Shown here: positions 39,471 to 53,119 of the stretch, one piece after another
Layout of the letters: every line of letters begins with the position of its first letter
How positions within the stretch are numbered: the first letter of the stretch is position 1
Source: Squalus acanthias
Taxonomy: Eukaryota
Direction: 5' to 3'
Assembly: GCA_030390025.1 (NCBI GenBank)
Contig: CM059431.1
Location: 140,122,001-140,186,000, forward strand
Length of the DNA: 64,000 nucleotides
The notes under the pieces: model-generated
Told to the model about the DNA's origin: nothing
Databases searched by the model: none
Seen by the model: only the letters and a program-made list of their open reading frames with translations
Translations under genes and position numbers: made by a program

Positions 39471-42400
39471 TCTGTGTGTCCACAGATGCTGAATGTTTGC
39501 AGCATTTTCTGGTTTAACTTCATAATTAAAGCAACATAAATTTATTTATTTTCTTCCTATTGCGACTGATAAGGTTTGAAATTATTTAGAAACCCATTAT
39601 AAATAAAAGGCAAATAATCTACCGAATTAGTTTTCCTATACTGCCAAGAAGACAATGCACGCCATCTTTAAACGGTGATATTTTATTTTAATATAGTTTA
39701 TCATGTTGTATTTCAAAACTAAAACTTTGGTTATACAAGGAAAAACTAATAGTTTATTTCAAATACCTATCGACCTATAAATCAGACAGTTAACATCCGA
39801 AAACGCCCAATCCATTCAGGGTATTGTGTCAATTTGGTAGCAATGATGCACTTGGTAAATGTCTAAAAGGTAATGGAGTAATAAGACTAAATACTTAAGG
39901 AATTGATTCACCTGTAACAGTTATTCGCATCACTAATGACGTTAAACAGGCTGATATGACGAGAGAAGATGTGGCTGATTTAGTAGATGGTGAGATTGTT
40001 ATTGTACTGACCAGAGAAGATGTATTTGATTTAGTAGATGATAAAAGTGCTATTTTACTGACCAGTGAATATGTATCTGATTTAATAGATGGTGAAGGTG
40101 CTATTTTACTGACCAGAGAAGATGTATCATTTTGTAGATGGTGAGAGTGCTATTGTACTGACCAGAGAAGATGTATCTGATTTGGTAAATGATGAATGTG
40201 CTATTGTACTGACCAGAGAAGATGTATCTGATTCAGTAAATGATAAAGGTGCTATTGTACTGACCAGAGAAGCTGTATCAGATTTAGTAGGTGGTGACGG
40301 TGTTATTTTACTGACCAGAGAAGGTGTATCTGAGATAGTAAATGATGCAGGTGCTTTTGTACTGAACAGAGAAGATGTTTCTGCTTTAGTAGATTTTGAA
40401 GTTGCTATTTTACTGACGAGAGAAGATGTATCTGATCTAGTAGAATGTGTGGGTGTTATTGCACTAACCAGAGAAGATGTATCTGATTTAGTAGACGATG
40501 AAGGTGTTATTGAACTGACCAGAGAAGATGTATCTGATTTAGTAGATGGTGAAGGTGTTATTGTACTGACCAGAGAAGATGTATCTGATTAAGTAGATGG
40601 TGAGAGCGTTATTGTACTGACCAGAGAAGATGTATCTGATTCAGTAGATGGTGAAGGTGTTATTGTACTGACCAGAGAAGATGTATCTGATTAAGTAGAT
40701 GGTGAGAGCGTTATTGTACTGACCAGAGAAGATGTATCTGATTCAGTAGATGGTGAGAGTGTTATTGTACTGATCAGAGAAGTTGTATCTGAATTAGTAG
40801 GTGGTAAGGGTGTTATTGTACTGACCAGAGAAGATGTATCTGATTTATTGATGGTGAGTGTGTTATTGTACTGACCAGAGAAGATGTATCTAATTCATTG
40901 ATGGTGAGGGTGTTATTGTACTGACCAGAGAAGATGTATCTGATTTATTAGATGATGAAGGTGTTATTGTACTGACCAGAGAAGATGTATCTGATTTAGT
41001 AGTTAATGAAGGTGTTATTGTACTGACCAGAGAAGATGTATCTGATTTAGTAAATGTTGAAGGTGCTATTTTACTAACCAGAGAAGATGTATCTGATATA
41101 CTAGATGGTGAGTTTGTTATTGTACTGACCAGAGAAGATGTTTCTGATTTAGTATATGTTGAAGGTGCTATTGTACTGAACAGGGAAGATGTATCTGATT
41201 TTGTAGATGGTGAAGGTGTTATTGTACTGACCAGAGAACATGTATCTGATTTAGTAGATGATTTAGGTGTTATTGTACTGACCAGAGAAGCTGTATCTGA
41301 TTTTGTAGATGGTGAAGGTGTTATTGTACTGACCAGAGAAGCTGTATCTGATTTGGTAGATGGTGAAGGTGTTATTGTACTGACCAGAGAAGATGTATCT
41401 GATTTAGTAGATGATGAAGGTGTTATTGTACTGACCAGAGAAGCTGTATCTGATTTAGTAGATGGTGAAGGTGTTATTGTACTGACCAGAGAAGATGTAT
41501 CTGATTTAGTAGATGGTGAAGGGTGTTATTGTACTGACCAGAGAGTGTATCTCATTAGTATGAAGGTGCTATTGTATTGACCAAGAAGTGTATCTGATTT
41601 AGTAGATGATTTAGGTGTTATTGTACTGACCAGAGAAGCTGTATCTGATTTAGTAGATGGTGAAGGTGTTATTGTACTGACCAGTGAAGGTGTATCTGAT
41701 TTAGTAGATGGTAAAGGTGCTATTGTACTGACCAGAGAAGATGTATCTGATTTAGTAGATGGTGAAGGTGTTATTGTACTGAACAGAGAAGGTGTTTCTG
41801 ATTTAGTAGATGGTGAAAGTGTTATTGTACTGACCAGACAAGATGTTTCTGATTTAGTAGATGGTGAGGTTGTTATTTTACTGAACAGAGAAGATGTATC
41901 TGATTTCGTAGATGGTGAAGGTGTTATTGTACTGACCAAAAAAATATGTATCTGATTTAGTAGATGATGAAGGTGCTATTGTACTGACCAGAGAAGATGT
42001 ATCTGGTTTAGTAGCTGGAGCGGGTGTTATTGCACTGACCAGAGAGATGTATCTGATTTAGTCATGATTTAGGTGTTATTCTACTGACCACAGAAGTTGT
42101 ATCTGATTTAGTAGATGGTTTAGGTGTTATTGTACTGACCAGAGAAGCTGTATCTGATTTAGTAGGTTTTGAAGGTGTTATTATAATGACCAGAGAAGGT
42201 GCTTCTGATATAGTAAATGATGCAGGTGCTTTAGTACTGAACAGTAAAGATGTTTCTGCTTTAGTAGATTTTGAAGTTGCTATTTTACTAACGAGAGAAG
42301 ATGTATCTGATCTAGTAGAATGAGTGGGTGTTATTGCACTAACCAGAGAAGATGTATCTGATTTAGAAGATGATGAAGGTGTTATTGTACTGACCAGAGA

Positions 42401-45400
42401 AGATGTATATGATTTAGTAGATGGTGAGAGTGTTATTGTACTGACCAGAGAAGATGTATCTGATTTAGTAGAAGGTAAGGGTGTTATTGTACTGACCAGA
42501 GAAGATGTATCTGATTTATTGATGGTGAGGGTGTTATTGCACTGACCAGAGTAGATGTATCTGATTTATTAGATGACGAAGGTGTTATTGTACTGACCAG
42601 AGAAGATGTATCTGATTTAGTAGATGATGAAGGTGTTATTGTACTGACCAGAGAAGTTGTATCTGATTAAGTAAATGTTGCAGGTGCTATTGTACTAACC
42701 AGAGAAGATGTATCTGATCTACTAGATGGTGAGGTTGTTATTGTACTGACCAGAGAAGATGTTTCTGATTTAGTATATGTTGAAGGTGCTGTTGTACTGA
42801 ACAGAGAAGATGTATCTGATTTTGTAGATGGTGAAGGTGTTATTGTACTGACCGGAAAATTGTATTTGATTTGGTAGATGGTGAAGTTGTTATTGCACTG
42901 ACCAGAGAAGATGTATCTGATTTAGTAGATGGTGAGAGTGTTATTGTACTGACCAGAGAACATGTATCTGATTTAGTAGATGATTTAGGTGTTATTGTAC
43001 TGCCCAGTGAAGGTGTAACTGATTTAGTAGATGGTGAAGGTGCTATTGTACTGACCAGAGAAGATGTATCTGATTTCGTAGATGGTGAAGGTGTTATTGT
43101 ACTGACCAGTGAAGGTGTTTCTGATTTAGTAGATGGTGAAGTTGTAATTGTACTGACCAGAGAAGATGTTTCTGATTTAGTAGATGGTGAGGTTGTTATT
43201 GTACTGAACAGAGAAGATGTATCTGATTTATTAGATGTTGAAGGTGCTATTGTACTGACCAGAGAAGTTGTATCTGATTTAGTAGATGGTAAGGGTGTTA
43301 TTGGACTGACCAGAGAAGATGTATCTGATTTAGTAGATGGTAAGGGTGTTATTGTACTGACCAGAGAAGATGTATCTGATTTATTGATGGTGAGGGTGTT
43401 ATTGTACTGACAGAGAAGATGTATCTTATTTAGTAGATGATGAAGGTGCTATTTTACTGACCAGAGAAGGTGTATCTGATATAGTAAATGATGCAGGTGC
43501 TTTTGTACTGAACAGCGAAGATGTTTCTGCTTTAGTAGATTTTGAAGTTGATATTTTACTGACGAGAGAAGATGTATCTGATCTAGTAGAATGTGTGGGT
43601 GTTATTGCACTAACCAGAGAAGATGTATCTGATTTAGTAGATGATGAAGGTGTTATTGTACTGACCAGAGAAGATGTATCTGATTTAGTAGATGGTGAAG
43701 GTGTTATTGTACTGACCAGAGAAGATGTATCTGATTAAGTAGATGGTGAGAGTGTTATTGTACTGACCAGAGAAGATTTATCTGATTTAGTAGATGGTGA
43801 GAGTGTTATTGTACTGACCAGAGAAAATGTTTCTGATTTAGTATATGTTGAAGGTGCTATTGTACTGAACAGAGAAGATGTATCTGATTTTGTAGATGGT
43901 GAAGGTGTTATTGTACTGACCGGAGAATTGTATTTGATTTGGTAGATGGTGAAGTTGTTATTGCACTGACCAGAGAAGATGTATCTGATTTAGTAGATGG
44001 TGAGAGTGTTATTGTACTGACCAGAGAACATGTATCTGATTTAGTAGATGATTTAGGTGTTATTGTACTGACCAGAGAAGATGTATCTGATTTAGTAGAT
44101 GGTGAAGGTGTTATTGTACTGACCAGTGAAGGTGTTTCTGATTGAGTAGATGGTGAAGGTGTTATTGTACTGACCAGAGAAGTTGTATCTGATTTAGTAG
44201 ATGTTGAGAGTGTTATTGTACAGACCAGAGAAGATGTATCTGATTTAGTAGATGATGAAGGTGCTATTTTATTGACCAGAGAAGGTGTATCTGATATAGT
44301 AAATGATGCAGGTGCTTTTGTACTGAACAGAGAAGATGTTTCTGCTTTAGTAGATTTTGAAGTTGATATTTTACTGACGAGAGAAGATGTATCTGATCTA
44401 GTAGAATGTGTGGGTGTTATTGCACTAACCAGAGAAGATGTATCTGATTTAGTAGATGATGAAGGTGTTATTGTACTGACCAGAGAAGATGTATCTGATT
44501 TAGTAGATGGTGAAGGTGTTATTGTACTGACCAGAGAAGATGTATCTGATTAAGTAGATGGTGAGAGTGTTATTGTACTGACCAGAGAAGATTTATCTGA
44601 TTTAGTAGATGGTGAGAGTGTTATTGTACTGACCAGAGAAGATGTATCTGATTTTGTAGATGGTAAGGGTGTTATTTGTACTGACCAGAGAAGATGTAAC
44701 TGATTTATTGATGGTGAGAGTGTTATTGTACTGACCAGAGAAGATGTATCTGATTTATTGATGGTGAGGGTGTTATTGTACTGACCAGAGAAGATGTCTC
44801 TCATTTATTAGGAGATGAAGGTGTTATTGTACTGACCAGAGAAGATGTATCTGATTTAGTAGATGATGAAAGTGTTATTGTACTGACCAGAGAAGATGTA
44901 TCTGATTTAGTAAATGTTGAAGGTGCTATTGTACTAACCAGAGAAGATGCATCTGATTTAGTAGATGGTGAGGTTGTTATTGTACTGACCAGAGAAGATG
45001 TTTCTGATTTAGTATATGTTGAAGGTGCTATTGTACTGAACAGAGAAGATTTATCTGATTTAGTAGATGGTGAAGGTGTTATTCTACTAACCGGAGAAGT
45101 TGTATTTGATTTGGTAGAATGTGAAGTTGTTATTGCACTGACCAGAGAAGATGTATCTGATTTAGTAGATGGTGAGAGTGTTATTGTACTGACAAAAGAA
45201 CATGTATCTGATTTAGTAGATGATTTAGGTGCTATTGTACTGACCAGGGAAGATGTATCTGATTTAGTAGATGGTGAAGGTGTTATTTTACTGACCAGAG
45301 AAGATGTTACTGATTTAGTCGATGGTGTGGTGGTTATTGTACTGATTAGAGAAGATGTATCTGATTTATTAGATGGTGAAGGTGCTATTGTACTGAACAG

Positions 45401-46675
45401 AGAAGTTGTATCTGATTTAGTAGATGTTGAGAGTGTTATTGTACTGACCAGAGAAGATGTATCTGATTTAGTAGATGATGAAGGTGCTATTGTACTGACC
45501 AGAGAAAATGTATGTGGTTCATTAGCTGGAGCGGGTGTTATTGCACTGACCAGAGAAGATGTATCTGATTTTTTCATGATTTAGGTGTTATTGTACTGAC
45601 CAGAGAAGATGTATCTGATTTAGTAGATGATTTTGGTGTTATTGTACTGACCAGAGAAGATGTATCTGATATAGTAAATGATGCAGGTGCTTTTCTACGG
45701 AACAGAGAAGATGTTTCTGCTTTAGTAGATTACGAAGTTGCTATTTTACTGACGAGAGAAGATTTTTCTGATCTAGTAGAATGTGCGAGTGTTATTACAC
45801 TAACCAGAGAAGATGTAACTGATTTAGTAGATGATGAAGGTGTTCGAACAGAGAAGGTGTATCTGATTTAGTGGATGGTGAGGTTGTTATTGTACTGACC
45901 AGAGAAGATGCTTCTGATTAAGTATATGTTGAAGGTGCTATTGTACTGACCGGAGAAGTTGTATTTGCTTTGGTAGATGGTGAAGTTGTTATTGCACTGA
46001 CCAGTGAAGATGTATCTGATTTAGTAGATGGTGAGAGTGTTATTGTACTGACCAGAGAACATGTATATGATGTAGCAGATGATTTAGGTGTTATTGTACT
46101 GACTAGTGAAGATGTATCTGATTTAGTAGATGGTGAAGGCGTTATTGTACTGACCAGAGAAGGTGCAGCTGATTTAGTAGATGGTAAAGGCCTTATTGTA
46201 CTCACCAGTGAAGATGTATCTGACTTAGTAGATGGTGAAGATGTTATTGTGCTGACCAGAGAAGGTGTATCTGATTCAGTGGATGGTGAAGGTGTTATTG
46301 TACTGACCAGAGAAGATGTATCTGATTTAGTAGATGGTGAAGGTGTTATTGTACTGACCAGAGAAGATGTATCTGATTTAGTAGATGGTGAAGGTGTTAT
46401 TGTACTGATCAGAAAAGATGTATCTGATTTAGTAGATGGTGAAGGTGTTATTGTACTGACCAGAGAAGATGTATCTGATTTAGTAGATGGTGAAGATGTT
46501 ATTGTACTGATCAGAGAAGATGCATCTGATTTAGTAGATGGTGAAGGTGTTATTGTACTGACCCGAGAAGATGTATCTGATTTAGTAGATGGTGAAGGTG
46601 TTATTGTACTGATCAGAGAAGATGTATCTGATTTTGTAGATGGTGAAGGTGTTATTGTACTGACCCGAGAAGATG

Positions 46676-46952
46676 GGCTGGATTTTGTCTTGGGGTCAGG
46701 TTGGGGTCGTGTAATCTGCATTTCGTGTTTCCCCCCCGACTCCAGATTAATGTGGATGAATGATGCAATTTTCACTTAATTGGGCAATTGAGTTCCAGCA
46801 TGTGGGAACCCATGCACCAATTAGTGGTTTCAGTGGGAAAGTCGACTCTGATGATGTCATCATTGCAGGCTGCCTGGTATCAGAGAGGACCTGCCTGGCT
46901 TGCTTTTGATGTGAGTGGACCTGGATGCAAAATATTTGCGGGGGGGGGGCGG

Positions 46953-47017
<65 letters not shown>

Positions 47018-47305
47018 GGTGAGAGAGAGAGAAAGAGAGAGAGGTTTTTTTGCATCCAAGTCCTCTCACAGCAAAGGCCAGGCAGTCTAATACTACGACT
47101 ACCTTCATCACATCTCCGTTGTAATAGTGGACCTGCAGCTGATAGTCAGCTATCCACTTGTGCTCCCGCCAGGTTTCACTGGAGTGTTTCACACCAGGCG
47201 TACTACACGTCAGAAAAGGGTTAAACTAGCTAAAACGTTTCAAAATGGCATTACAGAGCCAATTTAGAGCTTGTTAAGGGCTTTAATGGCCTCTCCCGCC
47301 TCTTG
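46676..47305. mobile_element. Non-autonomous DNA-transposon-like insertion with internal (GA)n microsatellite
   Basis: Interrupts the 51-bp array; begins GGCTGGATTTT like other Harbinger-type ends; internal inverted repeat 46891-46932 / 47048-47086. Confidence 0.55.
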
Positions 47306-47799
47306 GCCAGAGATGATGTATCTGATTTCGTAGATGGTGAGAGTGTTATTGTACTGACCAGAGAAGATGTTTCTGATTTAGTAGATGGTGGGGTTGTTAT
47401 TGTACTGAACAGAGAAGATGTATCTGATTTATTAGATGGTGAAGGTGCTGTTGTATGACCAGAGAAGATGTTTTCTGATTTAGTAGATGGTGAAGTTGTT
47501 ATTGTACTGACCAGAGAAGATGTATGTGGTTTAGTAGATGGTGAGAGTGTCATTGTACTGACCAGAGAAGGTGTATCTGATTTAGTAGATGATTTAGGTG
47601 TTATTGTACTGACCAGAGAAGGTGTATCTGATTTAGTAGATGGTGAAGGGCTGTTGTACTGACCAGAGAAGTTGTATCTGATTTATTAGATGGTGAAGTT
47701 GTTATTGTACTGACCAGAGAAGATGTATCTGATTTAGTAGATGGTGAAGGTGTTATTGTACTGACCTAAGAAGGCGCATCTGATTTAGTAGATGGTGAG

Positions 47800-47900
47800 A
47801 ACAGAATTAACTCCCTCCACGGATGCTGCCTGGCCTGCTGAGTCTTTCCAGCGTTTTCTGCTGTTATTTCGGATTTCCAGCATCCGCAGTATTTTGCTAT
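47800..47900 (+). mobile_element. Short interspersed fragment (probably Penelope-type terminus) inserted in the 51-bp array
   Basis: ccacggatgctgcctggcctgctgagt...gatttccagcatccgcagtattttgct; related fragment at ~39475-39515. Confidence 0.5.
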
Positions 47901-48199
47901 CGTATCTGATTTAGTGGATGGTGAAGGTGCTATTATACTGACCAGTAAAGATATATCTGATTTAGTAGATGGTGAAGTTGTTATTGTACTGACCAGAGGA
48001 GGTGTATCTGATTTAGTAGATGGTGAGATTGTTATTGCACTGACCAGAGAAGGTGCATCTGATTTAGTAGATGGTGAAGGTGCTACTCTTCTCATCAGGG
48101 AAGAAGAATCTATGCTTAATGATATTGAGCTGTTGTTGAAATTGAGAGATGATGTTTCTGAATTAATAGATGATGAAGCTGTTACTCTACTGGCCTGGG

Positions 48200-48960
48200 G
48201 ATGATGTATCCTGATTTAGAGATGATGAACGTGCTGTAGTACTGACCTGGAATGTTGTAGCCTGATTAGTAGATGAGATTGGTACTATATTGAACTGGGA
48301 TAGCGTAGCCTGATTAATAGATGATGATGGTGCTGTATTGCTCTGGGATGGTGTAGTCTGATTTATAGATGATGATGGTGCTGTATTGACCTGGGATGGT
48401 GTAGTCTGATTTATAGAGGATGATGGTGCTGTATTGATCTGGGATGGTGCAGTCTGATTTATAGATGATGATGGTGCTGTATTGATCTGGGATGGTGTAA
48501 ACTGATTTATAGATGATGATGGTGCTGTACTGTCCTGGGATGATGTATTTTGATTTATAGAAGATGTTGGCGCTGTGTAGACCTGGGATGGTGTAATCTG
48601 ATTTATAGATGATGGTGGTGCTGTATTGACCTGGGATGGTGTAATCTGATTTATAGATGATAATGATGGTGTTGTATTGACCTGGGATGGTGTAGTCCGA
48701 TTTATAGATGATGGTGGTGCTGTACTGACCTGGGATGGGGAAGTCTGATTTATAGATGATGGTGTTGCTGTATTGACCTGGGATGGGGAAGTCTGATTTA
48801 TAGATGATGGTGGTGCTGCATTGAACTGGGATGGTGTTGTCTGATTTATAGATGATGATGTTGTTATATTGACCTGGGATGGTGTGGTCTGCTTTATAGA
48901 TGATGATGTTGTTATATTGACCTGGGATGGAGTAGTCTACTTTATAGATGATGAACGGAC
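48200..48960. repeat. 48-bp tandem repeat related to the 51-bp unit
   Basis: gatgatgatggtgctgtattgacctgggatggtgtagtctgatttata units. Confidence 0.9.
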
Positions 48961-49131
48961 TCTAGCACTGTCCTGGGATGTTTTAGACACCGCAAAAGTT
49001 AATGTCAACGCTGAATTTAAAGCCGGAAGCAGCATTGATCTCATAGTAACAACTGATGACTGTTGCATGGATCTACCTGTCAGGGAGGGTGGAAACACAT
49101 TGTTGTTTTCGGTCGATGATGGGGCCTTTGC

Positions 49132-50072
49132 CTAGTTGGAAGACGGAGGCACATTCACACTGTACAAGCTGGGCACACTCGCACTGCTCACGATAGGCAA
49201 AGTCTCACTGGTCTCGATGGGCACAGTCTCACTGTTCACGATGGGCACAGTCCCACTGTGCAAAATGGACATCGTTTCAGTGGTCACGATGGGCACAGTC
49301 TCACTAGTCACGATGGGCACAGTCTCACTGGTCACGATGGGCAGAGCTTCACTGGTCACGATGGGCACAGTCTCACTGGTCACGATGGGCAGAGTTTCAC
49401 TGGTCACGATGGGCACAGGCTCAGTGTTCACGATGGGCAGAGTCTCAGTGGTCACGATGGGCACACTCGCACTGATCACGATGGCCACAGTCTCACTGGT
49501 CACGATGGGTACAGTCTCTCCGGTCACGATGGGCACAGTCTCAGTGGTCACGATGGGCACAGTCTCACTGGTCACGATAGGCACAGTCTCACTGGTCACG
49601 ATGGGCACAGTCTCACTGGTCACGATAGGCACAGTATCACTGGTCACGATAGGCACAGTCTCACTGCTCACGATGGGCACAGTCTTACTGGTCACGATGG
49701 GCACAGTCTTACTGGTCACGATGGACACAGTCTCAGTGGTCACGATGGACATGGTCACACTGGTCATGAAGGGCACAATCGCACTGATCCAAGAATCCAT
49801 AATTGTGGATAAACTGAAAGCCACTAAGGATGCTGTAGAAGTTGGAGGCTGTGCTGTGGAACTGGGGTGTGGACCTGCTCTATCAAGTGAAGATGAGGTT
49901 TCCATTGATGAAGGGTGAATGGGCGATCGAGGCGCAGTTGAACGTCTCATGGACGTGGTTGTACTTTTGATGCGGTGGTTCACAATCCTGGAGTTGATAG
50001 AAAGTTGATTCTGGGATTCGGTGAGCGTTGGCAGCCCATTGGTCGCGGAATGCGCTCTGGTCATAGTTGTCA
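49132..50072 (-). CDS. Cobalamin-binding-family gene exon 7, open part: Ser/Thr/Pro-rich mucin-like tail with 8-aa repeats (SETVPIVT), to stop
   Basis: Strong acceptor tttctcctactttgcacag| at 50073/50072, phase 1, matching the exon 6 donor; in frame with ORF 49132..50175. Confidence 0.75.
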
Positions 50073-50629
50073 CTGTGCAAAGTAGGAGAAACAATGTCAA
50101 TAGATTATTGGAGGCAACGGGCAGTAAAGTTGGACTTGAGCGAAGACGGAAAACTGGGAGAATCGCATTTGCCAACCGTTTTGCAACACGCCTGATATTC
50201 GGTTCTGTTGGAAATAGTGGAATGAATATCGGGGTTTATAAAGAAAGAAACGGGCGACCGATGACATGCCGCCTGTTTTGCGCCCCTGCTCTTGTCGAAT
50301 TTCACCCACAACTTCTGGAGACACGCTCAAAATCAGCGCCTGTGAAAAGTGGAGCTCAGGTACAAACCAACTCTGCATTCCAGTTAGTGTGACCATTGTC
50401 ATATGTGAAGATCCCTGAGGATATCTACATTGGTGAACCTCCCGCTGGGATTGAGGCCAAGCAGATGGCTCAGGGCGTCCAATTATTTCACTTAGAAAAC
50501 TGAGCAAACATAAAGGATTCAGGAAGGTCAAGGTGTGAATGGGTAAAATCCCCACTTCAGTGCTCCTGGCAAATACCCTGGAGAAAATATCATGAAACTG
50601 GACAGTGATTTAAAACTAACAGACGATGA

Positions 50630-50860
50630 ATTGTTATGATCTGGAATGCACTGACTGAAAGTGTGGTGGAAGCAGATTCAATAGTCATTTCAAAGGGGAT
50701 TTGGATAAATATTTATAGAGGAAAACTGCAGGGCTATGGGGAGAGGGCAGGGCACTGGAACTAATTGGATTGCTCTTTCGAAGCGCCGACACAGGCACTA
50801 TGGGCGGAATGGCCTCATTCTACACTGTATCCTTCCAGGATTCATTTCCATTGGCTATTT
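50630..50860 (+). mobile_element. CR1 3' end fragment
   Basis: IWNAL.E.VVEADS...FKG.LD; gggctatgggg 3' UTR. Confidence 0.7.
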
Positions 50861-51080
50861 CTTCTGCATTTTGATTCCTAACCCCATGCGAGTAGCTTCC
50901 CATCTTTACAGCCTGGGACCAGCGCATCCAGGGAATTCTGGAGCTGAGCTTTGCATTCTGGGAACGGAACCTGCCCGATTTTCCTTCCGTTATTTTCGTT
51001 GCAGTTTTTTTTTGGGCCGTGTAACCTTCCCGTCACATTCTCCCTTATTTACCCCGCCTATGCAGCTCTTAAAGCTGAGA

Positions 51081-51269
51081 GGCGTGGTGAAATTCGATAT
51101 GGATGGGGAAGCGACACAGGAGCAATCGCTCTCACCAACCATTATAGACACGCCCGATATTCAGTTCTTTTGAAGTCAATGCGACCGAATATGGGGCGGA
51201 GCGGATATCGGGCGTCTGATGCGACACCGTCCATTTTGCGACCCCGCCAATGTCGAATTTCACCGTCCC
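51081..51269. mobile_element. MITE-like element
   Basis: Terminal inverted repeats ggtgaaattcga (51086) / tcgaatttcacc (51253-51264). Confidence 0.6.
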
Positions 51270-51303
51270 CCATACTTAGTCCGGTCTGTTGCTGTACCCT
51301 TAC

Positions 51304-51490
51304 CTTTATATACAGGACAGGTTATGTTGTTCACGTCCAGGTAACTCTTTCCTCCCAGGGCTATCGCCACCTGTGACATTGTTGTAAGGTTTTCCCAGTT
51401 TCCCCGAGAAATTTCATGCACCATTTTCTGCACAGATTTGGTGCAATTATAGACACGTGAGGTGAACACGTTTATGTTTTCGGCCAGGGC
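51304..51490 (-). CDS. Transcobalamin/intrinsic factor/haptocorrin-like gene, exon 6
   Basis: cag|...|gtaagg, 187 nt, phase 0 to 1; ALAENINVFTSRVYNCTKSVQKMVHEISRGNWENLTTMSQVAIALGGKSYLDVNNITC matches family pattern AL..WNC..I.QG.F.NP...Q..P.L.GKTYLD....C. Confidence 0.92.
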
Positions 51491-51739
51491 CTGGAGTGTA
51501 AAGAAAGTAACAATAATTTTAATATTTAATGTTAGTGATCCGGAGATCTTTCAATCGGAGCACATATGAATTCTGTTTGAAAGCACTGTAAGATAAAGTG
51601 GGGGTCAATGGAAATAAAAATCGGGAGATATTTACAAGGGCTGCGGATTCGCCATCACACATGTTACACCATCGCATGAAGTCAAAATCGACCCCCAGGT
51701 GCGTTCTGATCGGGTACAGTTTAGATTAGATTAGTGTGG

Positions 51740-52295
51740 AGACACCACACTTAGAGTACTGTGAATAGATCTGCTCTGGTTAGACCACACTTAGAGTAGC
51801 GTGCACAGCTCTGTTCTCCATATTACTAAAAAGATATAAAGGCACATCTTGAAGGTGCAATAAAACATTGGCAAGGATGATACCAGAATTCAGTGGTTAT
51901 AACAATTAGGAATGTCTGATCAGGAAAAGAGAAGACTGAGAGGTGAACTAAAAGACGTCTTCAAAATGATGAATGGATTTGATGAGGTTTCGGAGAGAAG
52001 ATATCTCCAGTTGCGGGGTGAGTCCAAAACTAGGGGCCATAAATATAAGATCGCCACTCATAAACCCAACAAAGAATTTAGGAGAAACTTCTTAACTAGA
52101 GAGTGGATAGAAGTTGTAACTCGCTCTCACAAGGAGTAGCAGAGGAGGTGAATAGCAAAGATTGATTTAAGGGGAATCTACATGAAGGAGAAAGGAATAG
52201 AAGGATATGGTGATAGGGTTAGTAGGGCGGGTGGAGCCTCGTGTGGCCCACAAACACACGAAAGGCCTGTTTCTGTACTGAAAATTCCATGTAAA
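51740..52295 (+). mobile_element. Degenerate CR1 3' fragment
   Basis: RPHLE, EKRRLRGEL, KTRGHKYK. Confidence 0.7.
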
Positions 52296-52902
52296 GATTG
52301 TCCTCTTTGAATTTGAAGTCAACTAGTTTCTCAATATAACAAAACCATCCTGTTTACATTGTTTCTCGCCACTTCAGTGTATTGATTTAATGAGCATTGA
52401 GTCATTCGCTTTCTTTTGTGGTAACTTTATCTTTGAGCGATGATGTACAATGGCCAATCTTGAATTAACCGGCCATTGTATACCACGCCCGATTTTCATT
52501 TGCATTGAATCAATGGAAGGTAAAATCGGGCGCCTGTAAATTGGAGAGCAATTGGATATTACCCATTTTACACCTTCACCAAAAGTTAAAATCACCCGTT
52601 CATCAAAAGTTAAAATCACCCCTTAACACTCTTCAAACAATGCCCTCCGCTCCTGCCGAGTTCTATCCCATGAATGGTATCGAGGTGTCTCCGAATCTTT
52701 CAACATGCTGTACTTTGCATTGCTTCACACTGAACGTCATCTGAACACGTTAGGCACCGATACACCAATATCTCAATATCGTTTCTAAGCTCTAATTGTT
52801 TACAGTCTATCGCTTAATGTGGTGTGAAGAAGCTGTTATTTACTAATTGTGCTTAGCTCGAATTAAACTAGAAACCTATTTTCTAATTTCACATCACCAT
52901 AC

Positions 52903-53078
52903 CTGCATGGCCAGCCCTGTACTGCTCAAGCTCCCAATAGGCCCGTCCTCTCTCACTTCACTTAGAATCCGCCTCATTATCCACATTATAGCCTTTGCGA
53001 TGTCAAGCCGAGATCTGCCTCTTGGTTGTTGTGAGTGTATCAGACACCTCAGACTAAGTGCCGCGGTGGCCATTGTAT
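52903..53078 (-). CDS. Transcobalamin/intrinsic factor/haptocorrin-like gene, exon 5
   Basis: tag|...|gtatgg, 176 nt, phase 1 to 0; DTMATAALSLRCL...ILSEVREDGPIGSLSSTGLAMQ matches DT.AMA.LAL.C and DG.IG.IYSTGLAMQ family signatures. Confidence 0.95.
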
Positions 53079-53119
53079 CTACAACACAGGAAACAATTAC
53101 CAACGGTTCATGGAGTAAA

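Larger units (their letters stand above)
39957..48090. repeat. 51-bp tandem repeat (GATTTAGTAGATGGTGAAGGTGTTATTGTACTGACCAGAGAAGATGTATCT)
   Basis: Direct reading, ~8 kb array. Confidence 0.97.
39912..49131 (-). pseudogene. Distal, disrupted part of the giant mucin-type (PTS) exon: 48-bp (INQTTPSQVNTAPSSS) and 51-bp (STITPSPSTKSDTSSLV) repeats
   Basis: Continues in frame after the TAG at 49132; second TAG near 48938; recurrent -1 frameshifts; insertions at ~46676-47305 and ~47800-47900; ends in non-repetitive TSLVMRITVT plus phase-1 donor ACAG|GTGAAT at 39912/39911. Confidence 0.7.

Noticed and set aside
40122..48204. Plus-strand acidic ORFs (VLTREDVSDLVDGEG)n
   Set aside because: Antisense shadow of the mucin-type frame; splice sites and the host gene are on the minus strand.
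50073..50175. N-terminal part of the 347-aa ORF as a signal peptide
   Set aside because: The hydrophobic stretch is the translated polypyrimidine tract of the intron acceptor.
50395..50495. Possible extra small exon between exons 6 and 7
   Set aside because: Weak splice sites, no family similarity, and exons 6 and 7 already join in phase.
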